Notes: generated by a model not told the origin, from the sequence alone. Shown: positions 48,041 through 57,330, counted from the stretch's first letter. The stretch is DNA of 64,000 nt from an uncultured virus (IMG/VR IMGVR_UViG_3300025889_000077) (IMGVR_UViG_3300025889_000077), one strand, 5' to 3'. Made by a program: numbers and translations.

Positions 48041-48943
48041 ATCCTCTTCTAATAGTTTGTTGAAATAATCGATGGTGTCGTCGTCTTCATTGCTGAATTT
48101 ATCGTATGGAATTTCATCATCAAGATCATCATATGATTTCGATTGGTTCATTGATGGTGCTGGCGATTCATTCATAGATGCTCTTACAACATCGTTATCG
48201 TTTGAACCCATAACGATATTCAATCGTGATTTGAGTTCATCGTAACTCTTGAATGTAGACCTGTCTGAAAACTCCTTCAGCGAATAAATTTGAGAATAGA
48301 TTTTTTCAAGTTCCTCGTCGTCAGCAAGAGGTCCAGTTGCTGAGAACTCTGAACGATCATAGTTAGGCCAACCTTCATACTGACGAACTTTCAACTTGAA
48401 GTTTGCGCCTTCCCAAAGATCAAACGGATTCATTGCCGTTTCATCTTCATATTCGGGGTTCATTGCTTGGGTAATCTTGTCAAAGATTTTCTTACCGAAA
48501 TCATAGAGAAATACTTTGCCGTTATTCTCTGGATTTTTAGGATCAGAAACGACATAAATGTTTGTCACATAATGTAGTTTGCGTTTCTGGTCCCGTGCTT
48601 GTTTTTTCTTCAATGAATTTGGATTATCATCTTCATTCCACAATTGAGAATTGAGTTCACTCACCGGATCGGGTTCACCGAAAGTGGTCAAAGATTTTTC
48701 AATATAATATTGACCTGTCGGTCCCTTAAAGAAGTGATCCCAGTATCTAACAAAAGGAACTGCTTCATCTTCTCTTTGCGGAAGAAATCTAATTTCGGCA
48801 TAACCGTTACCCGCAGCATCGCGAGTAGGTTTCCAAAAGCGGTTATCCGAATAATCAACTTTTGTCGTATTAAGTTTCTCTGCTTGAGAAACGATATTGG
48901 TCAGAAAATCTTTTCTGTTGCGTTTTAGTGTTGCTAAAGACAT
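48038..48943 (-). CDS. gp32: Single-stranded DNA-binding protein gp32
   Basis: RFWKPT.D.AGNGYA.IRFLP; YIEKSLTT.G..DPVSE; GKKIFDKI; FDLWEGANFKLK; acidic tail. Confidence 0.95.
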   Translation of the reverse strand: MSLATLKRNRKDFLTNIVSQAEKLNTTKVDYSDNRFWKPTRDAAGNGYAEIRFLPQREDEAVPFVRYWDHFFKGPTGQYYIEKSLTTFGEPDPVSELNSQLWNEDDNPNSLKKKQARDQKRKLHYVTNIYVVSDPKNPENNGKVFLYDFGKKIFDKITQAMNPEYEDETAMNPFDLWEGANFKLKVRQYEGWPNYDRSEFSATGPLADDEELEKIYSQIYSLKEFSDRSTFKSYDELKSRLNIVMGSNDNDVVRASMNESPAPSMNQSKSYDDLDDEIPYDKFSNEDDDTIDYFNKLLEED

Positions 48944-48990
48944 TTGTATCTCCTTGTATGTACTTAGATATATTTGTATGTAATCGTATG

Positions 48991-49221
48991 TCAGAAATTC
49001 AGAACACCCGATGAACTGTCTGAAATGACTGTTTTATTTCTAATACTCTCCGCCTGTAACTTTGAGATTATTTTTCCGTTCAAGTATTTTTTACAGTCAT
49101 CAGGTTCTATTCTGAATTCCTCACAAGTATTTATAATCGCATCAATGTAGGTTTCTTTATTGTTGCGAATTTTTTCTTCTATTCTTTTTGAGAATAACTC
49201 CTTTGATAATATCTGATTCAT
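48991..49221 (-). CDS. gp33: Late transcription coactivator gp33
   Basis: FS..IE; YIDAII..CE...IE; KL..E; position upstream of gp32. Confidence 0.75.
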   Translation of the reverse strand: MNQILSKELFSKRIEEKIRNNKETYIDAIINTCEEFRIEPDDCKKYLNGKIISKLQAESIRNKTVISDSSSGVLNF

Positions 49222-50309
49222 TTACTCACCGCTTTTACTAAAATTGTGTATTTATTAATCCTTCCATTTGCTTTTGTTGGTTTCGTAGTCAGTTCGGAAA
49301 TCATTTTATTGATTTTGGGGATTGTTGAGGTCTGGACAACAGACAAAACATCATCAGGTTTACGAAGCCGAATAGAACGAGAGACTTCTTCATCCCATAG
49401 TTGAAGTGTAGTACCCTTGACTTCGAACCCTTTTGGAGACCGACTTACATATTCAGTCAGCACACGATTCGAAGTGTTGAATGTGTACAACCGCATTGCA
49501 CCAATAATAGCAGTAGGATTGATAGAAGTCAAGCGATATTCATTGGAATCTTTCAGATAGACCAATTTGTCAACTTGCTTGTCTGCCGTCTTTGGTTTTG
49601 TTTTGCGAGGTTTCCGAGTTGCCGTTTTACCCAGAATATATTGTTCGGATTCCTTTACGAGTTTTTCAATCCACTCCATATATTCTTTTCTTTTACGAAT
49701 CGAAAGATGATCGTATGTTTCCATAAGATCGTCTGTCTTTTTTGTCACCAGTTCGTTGAGTTCTTTCAGAAGCGGTGTGTAATAATCATTCACAGCCTTT
49801 GCCATATTTGACGCAGCATCTTTTGATTGTAAATCCGAATACACAGAGAAATCTTTGTTGTTTTCCCAGTCATCCACGATTGATTCGAGTTCACCAAGAT
49901 AATCGGAAATCTTGTTCTTCAAAAGAACCATAGGAGAAATTCTTGTCGATGTTTTATTGTCTCTTTTGGCAAAAGACCTAATGTTAGCAAGTGCCAAGTC
50001 AATACTCTTTTGAGGTTTCCATTTCTGGGGAAATGTTTTTTTCAGATTTTGCCAATGAATAGAAGCAGCAGCACCAGTAGACATTGTGTAAATGCTTTCC
50101 GGGGCTGACAAGAGAATTGATGCTTCTTTTTTAGAAAAATTTTTACGAATATAAGTCTTCAGAATCGAAGACACATCTTTGCCATCAACTTCAATTCTGA
50201 AGTACTGATAAAATTTATCCCATGTATCGGTAGGGGCCGCTTGCAATCCAACTTTAATTCTGCGACCAAAAGATTTAGTCTTCTTAGACTTTGAGATTCG
50301 ACGTACCAT
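49218..50309 (-). CDS. Conserved T4-like phage hypothetical protein
   Basis: SINP..IIGA..L..FNT..R.L; GFEVKGTT; LRKP; NGRIN. Confidence 0.7.
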   Translation of the reverse strand: MVRRISKSKKTKSFGRRIKVGLQAAPTDTWDKFYQYFRIEVDGKDVSSILKTYIRKNFSKKEASILLSAPESIYTMSTGAAASIHWQNLKKTFPQKWKPQKSIDLALANIRSFAKRDNKTSTRISPMVLLKNKISDYLGELESIVDDWENNKDFSVYSDLQSKDAASNMAKAVNDYYTPLLKELNELVTKKTDDLMETYDHLSIRKRKEYMEWIEKLVKESEQYILGKTATRKPRKTKPKTADKQVDKLVYLKDSNEYRLTSINPTAIIGAMRLYTFNTSNRVLTEYVSRSPKGFEVKGTTLQLWDEEVSRSIRLRKPDDVLSVVQTSTIPKINKMISELTTKPTKANGRINKYTILVKAVSK

Positions 50310-50330
50310 TATGTTTCTCCTTTTGGAAAC

Positions 50331-50359
50331 ATCATATCACAAGACTCTTTACTTGTAAA
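50331..50359 (-). promoter_or_regulatory. sigma70-type promoter TTTACA-N17-TATGAT
   Basis: Correct spacing, upstream of an AGGAG RBS. Confidence 0.65.
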
Positions 50360-50362
50360 GAG

Positions 50363-50572
50363 TTATTTTTCGTAAAATTTATGTAACTCTTTTTCACCAG
50401 AAGAATCGATTGTGTATCTGATATAATCTTTTTTACACAAATATTCCAAAGTGTTTTCTATAATATGTTCTTCCATTTCTTTTAAATCTCTTGACTTTGT
50501 TACTCTACCAAGAGTATATGCCAAGATAACAATGGAAATAGTAAGTACGGTGAAAATGAATTCATCAATCAT
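50363..50572 (-). CDS. Small membrane-anchored protein
   Basis: N-terminal hydrophobic helix. Confidence 0.55.
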   Translation of the reverse strand: MIDEFIFTVLTISIVILAYTLGRVTKSRDLKEMEEHIIENTLEYLCKKDYIRYTIDSSGEKELHKFYEK

Positions 50573-50823
50573 AGGATAGGTATTTCTCTCATTTCTTTGA
50601 GCGATTCAATTCGAAATGATCGCCAACCTTCTGCTTCAACATCCCATACGGGCAAAACTGTTTCATTGATACGATGTTCTCTTGTTGTGCCAGTCGCCGA
50701 CCTTTCTGGAATATGATTTTTATTTAGAGTGCATTTCATATCTCGTAAAGATCCATCCACTTTTTCAAATTGTATATGATACACACCTTGAGAAAGTTTC
50801 TCTTTAAGTTCTTCTCTGTTCAT
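50569..50823 (-). CDS. SH3/WYL_2-like small protein
   Basis: F.KVDG..R.M.CTL; VWDVE..GWRSFR. Confidence 0.7.
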   Translation of the reverse strand: MNREELKEKLSQGVYHIQFEKVDGSLRDMKCTLNKNHIPERSATGTTREHRINETVLPVWDVEAEGWRSFRIESLKEMREIPIL

Positions 50824-51386
50824 TGTAAAGTCTCCTTCATTTTAAACCATTCTGGCATTTCACGATTTGTCCAAACCATTTTGAATCGATCTTGCTTCGT
50901 TTGATAGAATGCGCGATATGACTTAACAGCGTCTTCGAATACACACTCCGGATTTGCCTTCATTGCGAGTTTAAATGGTGTCTGTACTGCCATCTTGATA
51001 TTCTTAGGTGTATACTGTAAAATATCTTTTAGCAATGTATATGTCGAGTGTATTTTGCCATAGCGATGCTCATACTCATAACACAATGCTAGGAAATGAT
51101 GATAGTGCCACATATAATTTGCACTAGCCTCCATTGTCCAGACTGTGCATGGGTGATTGAAGTGAACTGCTTTGTATAGAACATCATTCATCTTTGCGTC
51201 TGGATGTGTATAGAAGTCAACCATGCGTTTGCCAGACTTAGATGAACGCTTTTCTTTGACACCATCAAGCATACGATGCGCAGTTGAAAGCATTTGAGCA
51301 GATTCGACAACCATTTTTACAACATGACGATCACACTGCAATCGTGCGGCTGTAACTGGACATTTATCAAGTGCGAAGATATTCAT
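50820..51386 (-). CDS. Pyrimidine-dimer DNA glycosylase-like (DenV-related) protein
   Basis: MNIF.LD; DRHVVKM..ESAQMLSTAH; H.NHPCT.W; EY..RYGK.H. Confidence 0.75.
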   Translation of the reverse strand: MNIFALDKCPVTAARLQCDRHVVKMVVESAQMLSTAHRMLDGVKEKRSSKSGKRMVDFYTHPDAKMNDVLYKAVHFNHPCTVWTMEASANYMWHYHHFLALCYEYEHRYGKIHSTYTLLKDILQYTPKNIKMAVQTPFKLAMKANPECVFEDAVKSYRAFYQTKQDRFKMVWTNREMPEWFKMKETLQ

Positions 51387-51562
51387 TACCGGTGATCCTT
51401 ATGCTTAGGCTTGGCTTTGAGATGCTTGATAGTATACCTATGCGACTTGGCACGACTCATGGTCTTACCTTTGCGAAAGTCCCGACCGCCGCAACATGGG
51501 CAGTCAGGACGAACTCCAAGATGAGTACTTGGATTTGATTTTATGTGATTTCCAGTATCCAT
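51386..51562 (-). CDS. 58-aa basic protein with CPCC motif, not in ORF track
   Basis: GGAG RBS, own promoter, TAATG overlap with the denV-like gene. Confidence 0.55.
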   Translation of the reverse strand: MDTGNHIKSNPSTHLGVRPDCPCCGGRDFRKGKTMSRAKSHRYTIKHLKAKPKHKDHR

Positions 51563-51586
51563 GACACTTCTCCCATTTACAATAGT

Positions 51587-51615
51587 ATCATAACATGCAA
51601 TGGTAGAAGTGTCAA
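51587..51615 (-). promoter_or_regulatory. sigma70-type promoter TTGACA-N17-TATGAT
   Basis: Near consensus. Confidence 0.75.
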
Positions 51616-51622
51616 GCGTTTT

Positions 51623-51844
51623 CTATTCTTTCGTTGAAACAAATGAATACAGTTCTTTCGCTTTGGACATTAGGTCCTCCATCGAATACATCCTGTAAGC
51701 TTCTTCGACTTCCTTATAAGATTTCTTTCCTTGTTCATACAGATCATTCATGAGTTGCACATTCATGTGATACTGTTGATCCATGTAATCTTTTGCAAGT
51801 TGAAGCATTTCTGCGCGAATCTCAAATGGGTTCTTACTGCTCAT
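51623..51844 (-). CDS. Conserved hypothetical protein
   Basis: KNPFEIR.E.L.LAKD; AKELY.FVS. Confidence 0.65.
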   Translation of the reverse strand: MSSKNPFEIRAEMLQLAKDYMDQQYHMNVQLMNDLYEQGKKSYKEVEEAYRMYSMEDLMSKAKELYSFVSTKE

Positions 51845-52050
51845 TTCATCACCTTTGCCATTGCTTCACCGGCAGCATTCGCAAATGCACTGGTTTGTTT
51901 CATCGCTTCTTTGGAAAATTCCGTTTGGATTTTGATAAATTCGTAGAGAGGTTCACTCATTGATTCGTCTTTTATCCAAGTATCAACCCAAGTCTTCTTG
52001 GCGTTCTGAATCGTGTCGATCCAGAAGTTGTTGATGTAATCTGTCATCAT
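51841..52050 (-). CDS. Small helical (phasin-like) protein
   Basis: IDTIQNAKK..V; F...QTEF.K; AGGAG RBS. Confidence 0.55.
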   Translation of the reverse strand: MMTDYINNFWIDTIQNAKKTWVDTWIKDESMSEPLYEFIKIQTEFSKEAMKQTSAFANAAGEAMAKVMK

Positions 52051-52143
52051 GTTTTTTCTCCTTGTGTGTTGTGTGTTAAAATGGTTGATTTGCTACGCTG
52101 GTTCAACCATAAAAACCTCGATAGATAACTGACTTGTTCTTAT

Positions 52144-52407
52144 TTATCTGTCGAATCCGTTATGTGCGACATAAGTGATATCACTTCTTGAGAGACCAAT
52201 ATCTTTCAGTTGCGTATCACTTAATGAACTGAGTTCACGGATAGTACTACGAGCAATTATTTTTTTAACTCTCGCTTCGGCCGCTTTCTCCCACGCTTTC
52301 ATAAATTTTGAATTCATAAAAGAATCGACCATCAGGCCGAGAAATCTAATGACTTCGCTAATCGGATTTGCTAAATAATTGCTGAGTGTGAGTGTAATGT
52401 GTGTCAT
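52144..52407 (-). CDS. DUF1127 (YjiS-like) small protein
   Basis: TIRELSSLSDTQLKDIGLSRSDI signature. Confidence 0.8.
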   Translation of the reverse strand: MTHITLTLSNYLANPISEVIRFLGLMVDSFMNSKFMKAWEKAAEARVKKIIARSTIRELSSLSDTQLKDIGLSRSDITYVAHNGFDR

Positions 52408-52414
52408 TTGTATT

Positions 52415-52828
52415 TTACTTCCCTATTAGAATCTGCCTTGGTTTCTTTTCTTCTGGCAGAATGTATTTTAGTTCAATTTTGAGCATTCCATTTTCCATGT
52501 CCGCACCAAGAACTTCAACGTGTTCCGAAAGTCTGAAACTCTTACTAAACTTTCTTGTGGAGATACCTTTATGAAGATATTTGCTTGTATCAGTTTCTTT
52601 TGAACCAGAAATCTTCAGGGTATTCTCTTCTTGCGTAATGTTAATATCGTCCTTTGTGTATCCAGCAAGTGCCATTTCAATCACAAGATTGTCTTCATCA
52701 ATCTGAAGAATGTTGTGAGGTGGATATGTATCATTAGGCATTTTAGCGAAATGATCAAACTCACGAAAGAGCGGTTCAAAACCAAGAAAGTTGCGGGGAA
52801 AAATAGATGATAGTTGTGTATTAGTCAT
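52415..52828 (-). CDS. hsp20: Small heat-shock protein Hsp20 (IbpA-like)
   Basis: GFE; YPPHNI; IEMALAG; YLHKGIS.R.F...F.L; A.MENG.L.I.L...PEEKKPR.I. Confidence 0.93.
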   Translation of the reverse strand: MTNTQLSSIFPRNFLGFEPLFREFDHFAKMPNDTYPPHNILQIDEDNLVIEMALAGYTKDDINITQEENTLKISGSKETDTSKYLHKGISTRKFSKSFRLSEHVEVLGADMENGMLKIELKYILPEEKKPRQILIGK

Positions 52829-52939
52829 GCTTTTACTCCTTATATAAGCAAGTTAAAATTTAGACCCCATTATTGGGCATCTAATACTATTTAGACAAAA
52901 GAGTAATGATTATAGAGAAACTCTGGTATTACTCTTTTG
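52829..52939 (-). promoter_or_regulatory. ROSE-like RNA thermometer leader of hsp20
   Basis: ACUUGCUU-AUAU-AAGGAGU hairpin pairs UUGCU with the SD; two upstream hairpins. Confidence 0.6.
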
Positions 52940-52942
52940 CAT

Positions 52943-52971
52943 ATTATACAACAAATTCGCTCTGTTGTAAA
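52943..52971 (-). promoter_or_regulatory. sigma70-type promoter TTTACA-N17-TATAAT for hsp20
   Basis: Correct spacing. Confidence 0.65.
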
Positions 52972-53394
52972 CTATTTTGCGGGTCTAAGTCCGATAGAAT
53001 ATTTTGGAGTTAAATCCCACTGATCTCTTTCTTTGTATGAAATGATCTTTATTTGATTTAGGTTCGCACATTTCAAATCCTCTTTTTTTGCAAAGGACAA
53101 TAGACCCCAATCACTCAGCAATGTTGAAATCGTATTTCTACGAAGAATATCATTTTCTGTGATATTGGATTTCTTACCGTCTAACAAAAAGAGTTCTTTA
53201 AAATGAACTATGAAATATCTACCTTGTTTGTGTAGAATATGACAAGATTGAAATAACTTCTTTTCTTTTTTAGAAGCCACGCCAATACGAGTTAAAGTCT
53301 CTTTGATTTTTAAAAAGTCGTCTGGTTCATTGAGTATTATCTCCAACATATCTGATGGAGACCATTCTATAATATTATCATTTTCCATTTTCAT
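52972..53394 (-). CDS. regA: Translational repressor RegA
   Basis: PDDFLKIKETLTRIGVAS; QSCHILHKQGRYFIVHFKELF.LDG; W.L.PKY.IG. Confidence 0.96.
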   Translation of the reverse strand: MKMENDNIIEWSPSDMLEIILNEPDDFLKIKETLTRIGVASKKEKKLFQSCHILHKQGRYFIVHFKELFLLDGKKSNITENDILRRNTISTLLSDWGLLSFAKKEDLKCANLNQIKIISYKERDQWDLTPKYSIGLRPAK

Positions 53395-53432
53395 CTCATT
53401 TTTTTATTATTGTTATGCCTAGCGGCTATTTG

Positions 53433-53440
53433 TATTTATA
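53433..53440 (-). promoter_or_regulatory. T4-type late promoter TATAAATA upstream of regA
   Basis: Consensus on the minus strand. Confidence 0.6.
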
Positions 53441-53472
53441 AAAAAATGAGTTTTATAATGTTTATAGTATTT

Positions 53473-53664
53473 TCACTCTTCGTCGTCATTTTCCAGTTCT
53501 GCTGCTTCAATCAATGAAACGAGATGTAGAGAACCATCACGCAACTGACCAATTGTGGAAAGTTCTTCGCCTTTGAATGCGCCTCTTTGAACCAATGCAT
53601 CAATCACGGCAACCGTGTTTCTTGCGACCTTGTTTCCAAGCGACATAATTTCTTTATCAGCCAT
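53473..53664 (-). CDS. Conserved hypothetical protein
   Basis: IDA..QRGAFKGEEL..IG.LRD. Confidence 0.7.
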   Translation of the reverse strand: MADKEIMSLGNKVARNTVAVIDALVQRGAFKGEELSTIGQLRDGSLHLVSLIEAAELENDDEE

Positions 53665-53669
53665 TGTTA

Positions 53670-55388
53670 TTACTCCTTCACATAGCTAAAGTTTTGTTTT
53701 TTGTAAAATTCTAATTTACGCTCAAATTTGTTTTCTAAGATTTCGCCTTTATGAGATATGATAAAGACATTTGTGTTATCGTCTAAAGTATACAATATTT
53801 TGGTGAGATTTTCAACCCCATCGAAGTCCAAACTCGAATCAAATGTCTCGTCAAGTATAAGAAGATTTGTTGATACCGAGTTCTTCATTCTTGCTATCTG
53901 TCGCCAAGTGAACAAAAGAGCAAGCGATATTCTCTGTTTTTCTCCTTCAGAAAAAGACGCATATGTAAAATCGTCTCTGTATCGTGACCGAATTATTTCG
54001 TTGAAGTTTTCGTCCAGATTGAATGAGACAAAGAAATCTAGAACCTGTAAATATTGATTTACGAGTCTATTTATAATCGGCACATACTGTTTCAGGATTT
54101 TTGTCTTGATTCCGGTGTCTTTTAGCATTTCAGCGATGACAATATTATAAGAATAATCCTCATTGATTGTGCTTTTAGACTCCAACAGATTCGATTTTTT
54201 CTCTGTCGTTTCCATAAGTTCCTTTACTACATCATCAAGGTCTTCCTCCCTTTTATTGAGTTTTTGAATTTCGTTCACAAGATCCATTACAGATTTATTC
54301 AAAATCTCTATGGTTCTATTATTGTTCTGAATCGTGGAGTTTTTATCACGAATATCATTTGCCACAGATTGTAGATATTCAAGTTTTTGCGATACTTCAT
54401 TTGTCTTCTTGGCCAGATCAGTTATTGCTGCTGATATTTCCTTTGCCTTGTTTTTGGAATGAGAAATCTTTGATGTTCTCAGTTCATCATCAATCTCTTG
54501 TGTACACGTAGGACAGTGAGTATTATCTTCGTAAAACTTCACCTCTTTTACAAGTTTGTTCATACTGCTTTTGAACTGCGACTCGAAACCGAGAAGTTTA
54601 TCCTTTGTTGCTTGAGTTGATGTGAGTTCGAGATTATTTTTATTGAGTATATCTTCCAAATCCGATCCAACATTCTCATTAATGACTTGGAGTTCTCTGA
54701 TTCGATTCTGATTTTCCTCTATCTTATTTTGTTTTTCCGTGATTTCGAATTCATTGATTTCCCGAATATCATTGATGTATTTTTTCTGCGATTGTATTTT
54801 GTTTGATAGAATTTCTACTTGATAGTTTACTTCCTTTATCTTTTCTTTGAGAACAGATTGTTTCTCTTTGAGAAGAATATTCATCTTGGAGAAAATGTTG
54901 ATGTCAAGCAAATCTTCTATTACTTCACGACGATGGGCTGCTGGTAGTTCCATGAATGGTGTAAATGAAGTGGAACCAAGAACAACAATCTGATGAAACG
55001 ATTTGTGGTTCATCTTGATAATATTCTTTTCAAGAATCTTCTGATAATCTTTTGCGTGACTCGATTCGTTTAACAGTTGTCCGTTCTTGTAAATCTGAAA
55101 TATGTTTGGTTTGATACCGCGAATGATACGGAAGTTTGATTTACCAATAGTAAAGTCAACCTCAACAAGACAATCTTTTTTATTGATTGAGTTTGTGAGT
55201 TGTGGTTTATTGATATTACGATGTGGTTTACCAAACAGAACGAATGACAAAGCATCAAGCATTGTACTTTTGCCAGCTCCATTTTGCCCTACTACAAGAG
55301 TTGTTTTTGATTTCGTAAAATCTATTTCGGTGAAGTTGTCACCAGAACTCAGAAAGTTCTTGTATTTTAGTTTATGGAAGATTATCAT
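53670..55388 (-). CDS. gp46: Recombination endonuclease ATPase subunit gp46 (Rad50-like)
   Basis: GQNGAGKS; CPTC zinc hook; FSEGEKQRI; LILDETFDSSLD; ISH. Confidence 0.96.
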   Translation of the reverse strand: MIIFHKLKYKNFLSSGDNFTEIDFTKSKTTLVVGQNGAGKSTMLDALSFVLFGKPHRNINKPQLTNSINKKDCLVEVDFTIGKSNFRIIRGIKPNIFQIYKNGQLLNESSHAKDYQKILEKNIIKMNHKSFHQIVVLGSTSFTPFMELPAAHRREVIEDLLDINIFSKMNILLKEKQSVLKEKIKEVNYQVEILSNKIQSQKKYINDIREINEFEITEKQNKIEENQNRIRELQVINENVGSDLEDILNKNNLELTSTQATKDKLLGFESQFKSSMNKLVKEVKFYEDNTHCPTCTQEIDDELRTSKISHSKNKAKEISAAITDLAKKTNEVSQKLEYLQSVANDIRDKNSTIQNNNRTIEILNKSVMDLVNEIQKLNKREEDLDDVVKELMETTEKKSNLLESKSTINEDYSYNIVIAEMLKDTGIKTKILKQYVPIINRLVNQYLQVLDFFVSFNLDENFNEIIRSRYRDDFTYASFSEGEKQRISLALLFTWRQIARMKNSVSTNLLILDETFDSSLDFDGVENLTKILYTLDDNTNVFIISHKGEILENKFERKLEFYKKQNFSYVKE

Positions 55389-55618
55389 GATTTTGAACCA
55401 ATCAGTTCAATGTCGGATTCAGTTTCTATCCATAGTTTAGCACCACACGGTCTGGGGTTATCTGGTCTATACACCATTCTTGAAGGCCCGTTGATAAGTA
55501 CTTCCATACAGTACACAACATTTTTAGTGTCCGTATATTCAACTCTACACACAGGTTCTTTACGACCGTGCTTTGCGTTTTGTTGAATGATGTTTCTGTT
55601 GATGTGAATAATTTTCAT
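55385..55618 (-). CDS. Conserved hypothetical protein
   Basis: IHINR..I..N.K; V.INGPS..VY; CGAK.WIET. Confidence 0.7.
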   Translation of the reverse strand: MKIIHINRNIIQQNAKHGRKEPVCRVEYTDTKNVVYCMEVLINGPSRMVYRPDNPRPCGAKLWIETESDIELIGSKS

Positions 55619-56670
55619 ACTATATCTAAAGTCTCTGCTTCCGTCAAAAGGCTTCTCATTTTCATTTTTAGAACACTCTTGTCAAGTTCTGTATCCACAG
55701 CATCAATGTATGTGTCTAGAAGAGTGCCTGTATCTTCTATCGATATATTCGTATCTTCTACTGATTGTCCTGTAAACTCTTCGTAAGATTCCATGACCTT
55801 GAGGTCGTGAACATTTTGATTTTGAATCTTCTCAACATATTTATCAAAGAGAAATGTGTCCGTTTTTTTCTCTATGATGATCTTTACAAACTTACCTTCA
55901 CAATTTGGTACGTATTTGTTTTGTCTGCTATCTTCGTTGTAATATATTTTCTGAAACAGTATATGCGGATTTCTTACTGGTGTCAATTCTCTTGTTTCAG
56001 TATCCAGAATATGAAAATATTTCGGGTCATTCGCATCAGACCAGAAAAACTCCATTTGACTTCCAAGATAAGTGATGTTATCTTTGCGGGATTTCGTGTG
56101 AAAATGTCCCGTATAAACTGATTCGAATCTTGAGAATAATTTTGGATCCATACCGTGCGTGTTGACAACACCTTTCATAAGATCAAAACCATGAAGGTCC
56201 AAGTGACCACAAAGAATATCCGCTTTACAGTTTTGAATAAACTCCATGGAATGATTGTAGTTTTCGGTATTGATCCATGGCAATAAAGCAATGTCTAGAC
56301 CATAATAATTGAATACAGTCGGATTCATGAAAATCGTGACCACATCCATATAGTGACCCAGAAACTCTTTGAGAGAGTTCAGATCATTTGTATTCTTGTA
56401 TGCCACGTCATGATTTCCGGGAATGATATCCATATGAATACCATGTTTCCTCAGTTTATCTAAAAACATTTTACGATTACGATTTACAGTCTTTACTGCA
56501 ATCTGTTTTCGGTTATCGTAGTAGTCACCAAGATGAAGAATATGCTTGATATCATTTTCCAACAAATACGGAAAGAAAGTTTCGGAATAAAACTTCTCGG
56601 CATTATCCGCGAATACGTCTGAAGCATTTCTTATACCTGCGTGTGTATCATTCAAAATTGCCAACTTCAT
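55615..56670 (-). CDS. gp47: Recombination endonuclease nuclease subunit gp47 (Mre11-like)
   Basis: NDTH.G; HLGD..D; GNHD; GHL; GHFH. Confidence 0.96.
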   Translation of the reverse strand: MKLAILNDTHAGIRNASDVFADNAEKFYSETFFPYLLENDIKHILHLGDYYDNRKQIAVKTVNRNRKMFLDKLRKHGIHMDIIPGNHDVAYKNTNDLNSLKEFLGHYMDVVTIFMNPTVFNYYGLDIALLPWINTENYNHSMEFIQNCKADILCGHLDLHGFDLMKGVVNTHGMDPKLFSRFESVYTGHFHTKSRKDNITYLGSQMEFFWSDANDPKYFHILDTETRELTPVRNPHILFQKIYYNEDSRQNKYVPNCEGKFVKIIIEKKTDTFLFDKYVEKIQNQNVHDLKVMESYEEFTGQSVEDTNISIEDTGTLLDTYIDAVDTELDKSVLKMKMRSLLTEAETLDIV

Positions 56671-57197
56671 TTTTTAGAATATTCTTTCAATATATTATCC
56701 TTATGTCTAATCTCATCAATCTTTGATTTGAGTTGGTCTACAAACATTGAGCCAACACTAACGCCCATTTTATCGTTATGGTCAATGTCAACGAAATCTT
56801 CAAATGTGTGGTTTTCTAAAAATCTTTGTTTTACCGTTTCTTGTTTTTTCTCTTTGTCGATTCTACGAAGAAATGCGTACCAAGAAATCTGTGTAAAATA
56901 GGCAAACGCATTTGGATTGCCTGTCCGTGTTGCTGCTTCTAAGTTATAATTATATATCGCCTTGAGACAATTCTCAACAGCATCCATTACCATTTCTTCT
57001 CGGTATGAATATCCAATAAAATTAGATTTGTGAGATAACCCTTCAGCAATGTTCATAAAACATTTTGCAATGTAATTGGGCACTTTTGGTTTTTCATCAC
57101 CAGATGCTTCACATTCCTCAACCAATCTCACATAATCAAAAACTGCTCTTGAAAAATCTTTATTATTTACATAATGTGGTTTTTGCTTTTTCTTCAT
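56667..57197 (-). CDS. gp55: Late sigma factor gp55
   Basis: HYVNNK.F; IAEGLS...NF..Y.YREEM..D..ENC; NAFAYFTQI...AFLRRI.KEKKQ. Confidence 0.95.
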   Translation of the reverse strand: MKKKQKPHYVNNKDFSRAVFDYVRLVEECEASGDEKPKVPNYIAKCFMNIAEGLSHKSNFIGYSYREEMVMDAVENCLKAIYNYNLEAATRTGNPNAFAYFTQISWYAFLRRIDKEKKQETVKQRFLENHTFEDFVDIDHNDKMGVSVGSMFVDQLKSKIDEIRHKDNILKEYSKK

Positions 57198-57217
57198 TTC
57201 TATTCCTCATTTTTATC

Positions 57218-57246
57218 ATTATACTATATTCTATAAGGTGTGTCAA
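57218..57246 (-). promoter_or_regulatory. Perfect sigma70 promoter TTGACA-N17-TATAAT for gp55
   Basis: Exact consensus. Confidence 0.85.
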
Positions 57247-57302
57247 ATAACATTTTATTTCAGTCTGTAATATTTTGTTATCATACGAATGCATTTTCTA
57301 TC

Positions 57303-57330
57303 TTGACAAATTGGAAAAATGGTGTATAAT
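57303..57330 (+). promoter_or_regulatory. Divergent promoter TTGACA-N16-TATAAT with no sense gene downstream
   Basis: Consensus hexamers, 16-bp spacer. Confidence 0.5.

Noticed and set aside
52051..52143. Cuckoo (CCUCCUCCC) sRNAs that often follow DUF1127 genes
   Set aside because: No CCTCCTCCC loop motif seen.
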